Shown here: positions 63,027-64,000 of the stretch, in pieces
How the letters are laid out: each line of letters opens with the position of its first letter
How positions within the stretch are numbered: the stretch's first letter is position 1
From: Chiloscyllium plagiosum
Taxonomy: Eukaryota
Assembly: GCF_004010195.1 (NCBI RefSeq)
Contig: NC_057719.1
Coordinates: 73,266,365 to 73,330,364, forward strand
Reading direction: 5' to 3'
DNA: 64,000 bases
The notes under the pieces: model-generated
Told to the model about the DNA's origin: nothing
The model's input: the letters and a program-made list of their open reading frames with translations, nothing else
Databases searched by the model: none
Program-made: the position numbers and the translations under genes

Positions 63027-64000
63027 TTTATAAGGGGATTAGAACTTCAAATGTAGTCGTCTATACCAATGATTCATAACTGTACCTGTAACCAGAGTCT
63101 AATTATTCGTAATGAATAACAATTCTTGTTAAGTACAAAAACTTGATCCATCCTTTCTATCAACCTGAGTCTGAAAATCAAGTAAATTGGGGAATTTTGC
63201 ATATTTATTTTAAAATCTTTAACTTTTGTGATGGCTCCAGCAATACCGGTGGTTAATTTCTAGTGACCTATCTGAATGAGGTGTGACAATGGACAGGTCA
63301 GCCCCAACCTCTGCCCTTCCTGTGAGGATGCAGGATTATTCTGCCGCAAATTCTTGGCACAAAAGACCTCCAGAAGGTCTCCAGACACCGACCATTAGAA
63401 AAAGCTGTCAAAAATTATTTTGCTTGTAATTCGAGTGCTGGCCCTTTAAGTAGGGCTAGTGCAGGGCTATCATGCAACCTCCCACTGGACCTTTCAAGAA
63501 TAATGAGCAAATAGGTTCCCATGTCAAGCATCGCCCAAGATTGGTAACCTTGCATCGCATCAGCTCTTTGGCTGCATGGCGTCACAGTAGCTCTGATTAA
63601 AAACCTTCCAGGACTACTTAAGATGAACCTGTGCCCACTCTGCATCTCTAACACTGTGCCTCCATGTTGGAATTGGCCAGTTACATCCCAGGAAGTGACA
63701 GTAGGCATCCTCAGTACCACTGCAGACAGACTACACCACTGGATATGTCCAGACGTTCTCCACAAAATGGAAGTCGAATGGTGTGGGATATACTCGAGAC
63801 AAATTTATAGGAGCACATTAGAATTGTGGAAACTGCAGTATATTTTGCAAAGACAGAGAAAGTAATATAATGGATGATTCTAATTTTAGACCTTTCAGTA
63901 CATTAACACGGTGTGTGTGTATGTTCATCTATGTGCGTTTGTGTGTAAATGTTACACCGAGTCTTGATCCAGTGTGTATTTGTATATATTAAGAACATTG

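Larger units (their letters stand above)
22877..64000 (+). other. RAB15: Rab15 intron 1 (continues beyond window)
   Basis: GTAAGA donor at 22877. No segment encoding the expected exon-2 peptide (VDFKMKTIEVDGIKVRIQIW-like) was seen by eye downstream. Confidence 0.7.

Noticed and set aside
1..64000. CRISPR array or prokaryote-type system
   Set aside because: The repeats are dispersed rather than regularly spaced with unique spacers, and the sequence is vertebrate intron/intergenic DNA.

Overview
Repeat-rich vertebrate DNA, almost certainly from a cartilaginous fish (shark-like). This is inferred from V-domain tRNA SINEs of the HE1 type with CR1-derived tails and from the mix of repeats. The only host gene I can support is the 5' end of Rab15: a promoter/5'UTR region (~22.0-22.75 kb), coding exon 1 (22753-22876, 124 nt, GTAAGA donor), and a first intron running to the window end with no recognisable exon 2. 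The rest is decayed and often nested transposons: many CR1 LINEs (two keep an ORF1 SGNH-esterase remnant), L2, Rex1-like and RTE fragments, two SINE families, MITEs, and a decayed Gypsy LTR element (gag, RNase H, integrase, PBS, PPT, LTRs) that the ORF track does not show. The most striking structure is about 15 minimal type-I hammerhead ribozyme motifs (CUGANGA-x-stem II-GAAA-short palindromic stem III-UH) in several Penelope-like element families. Stem II differs in sequence but still pairs, many copies are head-to-head palindromes inserted as units with 13-14 bp target-site duplications, and their 5' ends or inversion points cluster just upstream of the ribozyme core. All repeat boundaries were judged by eye and are approximate; no database search was run.
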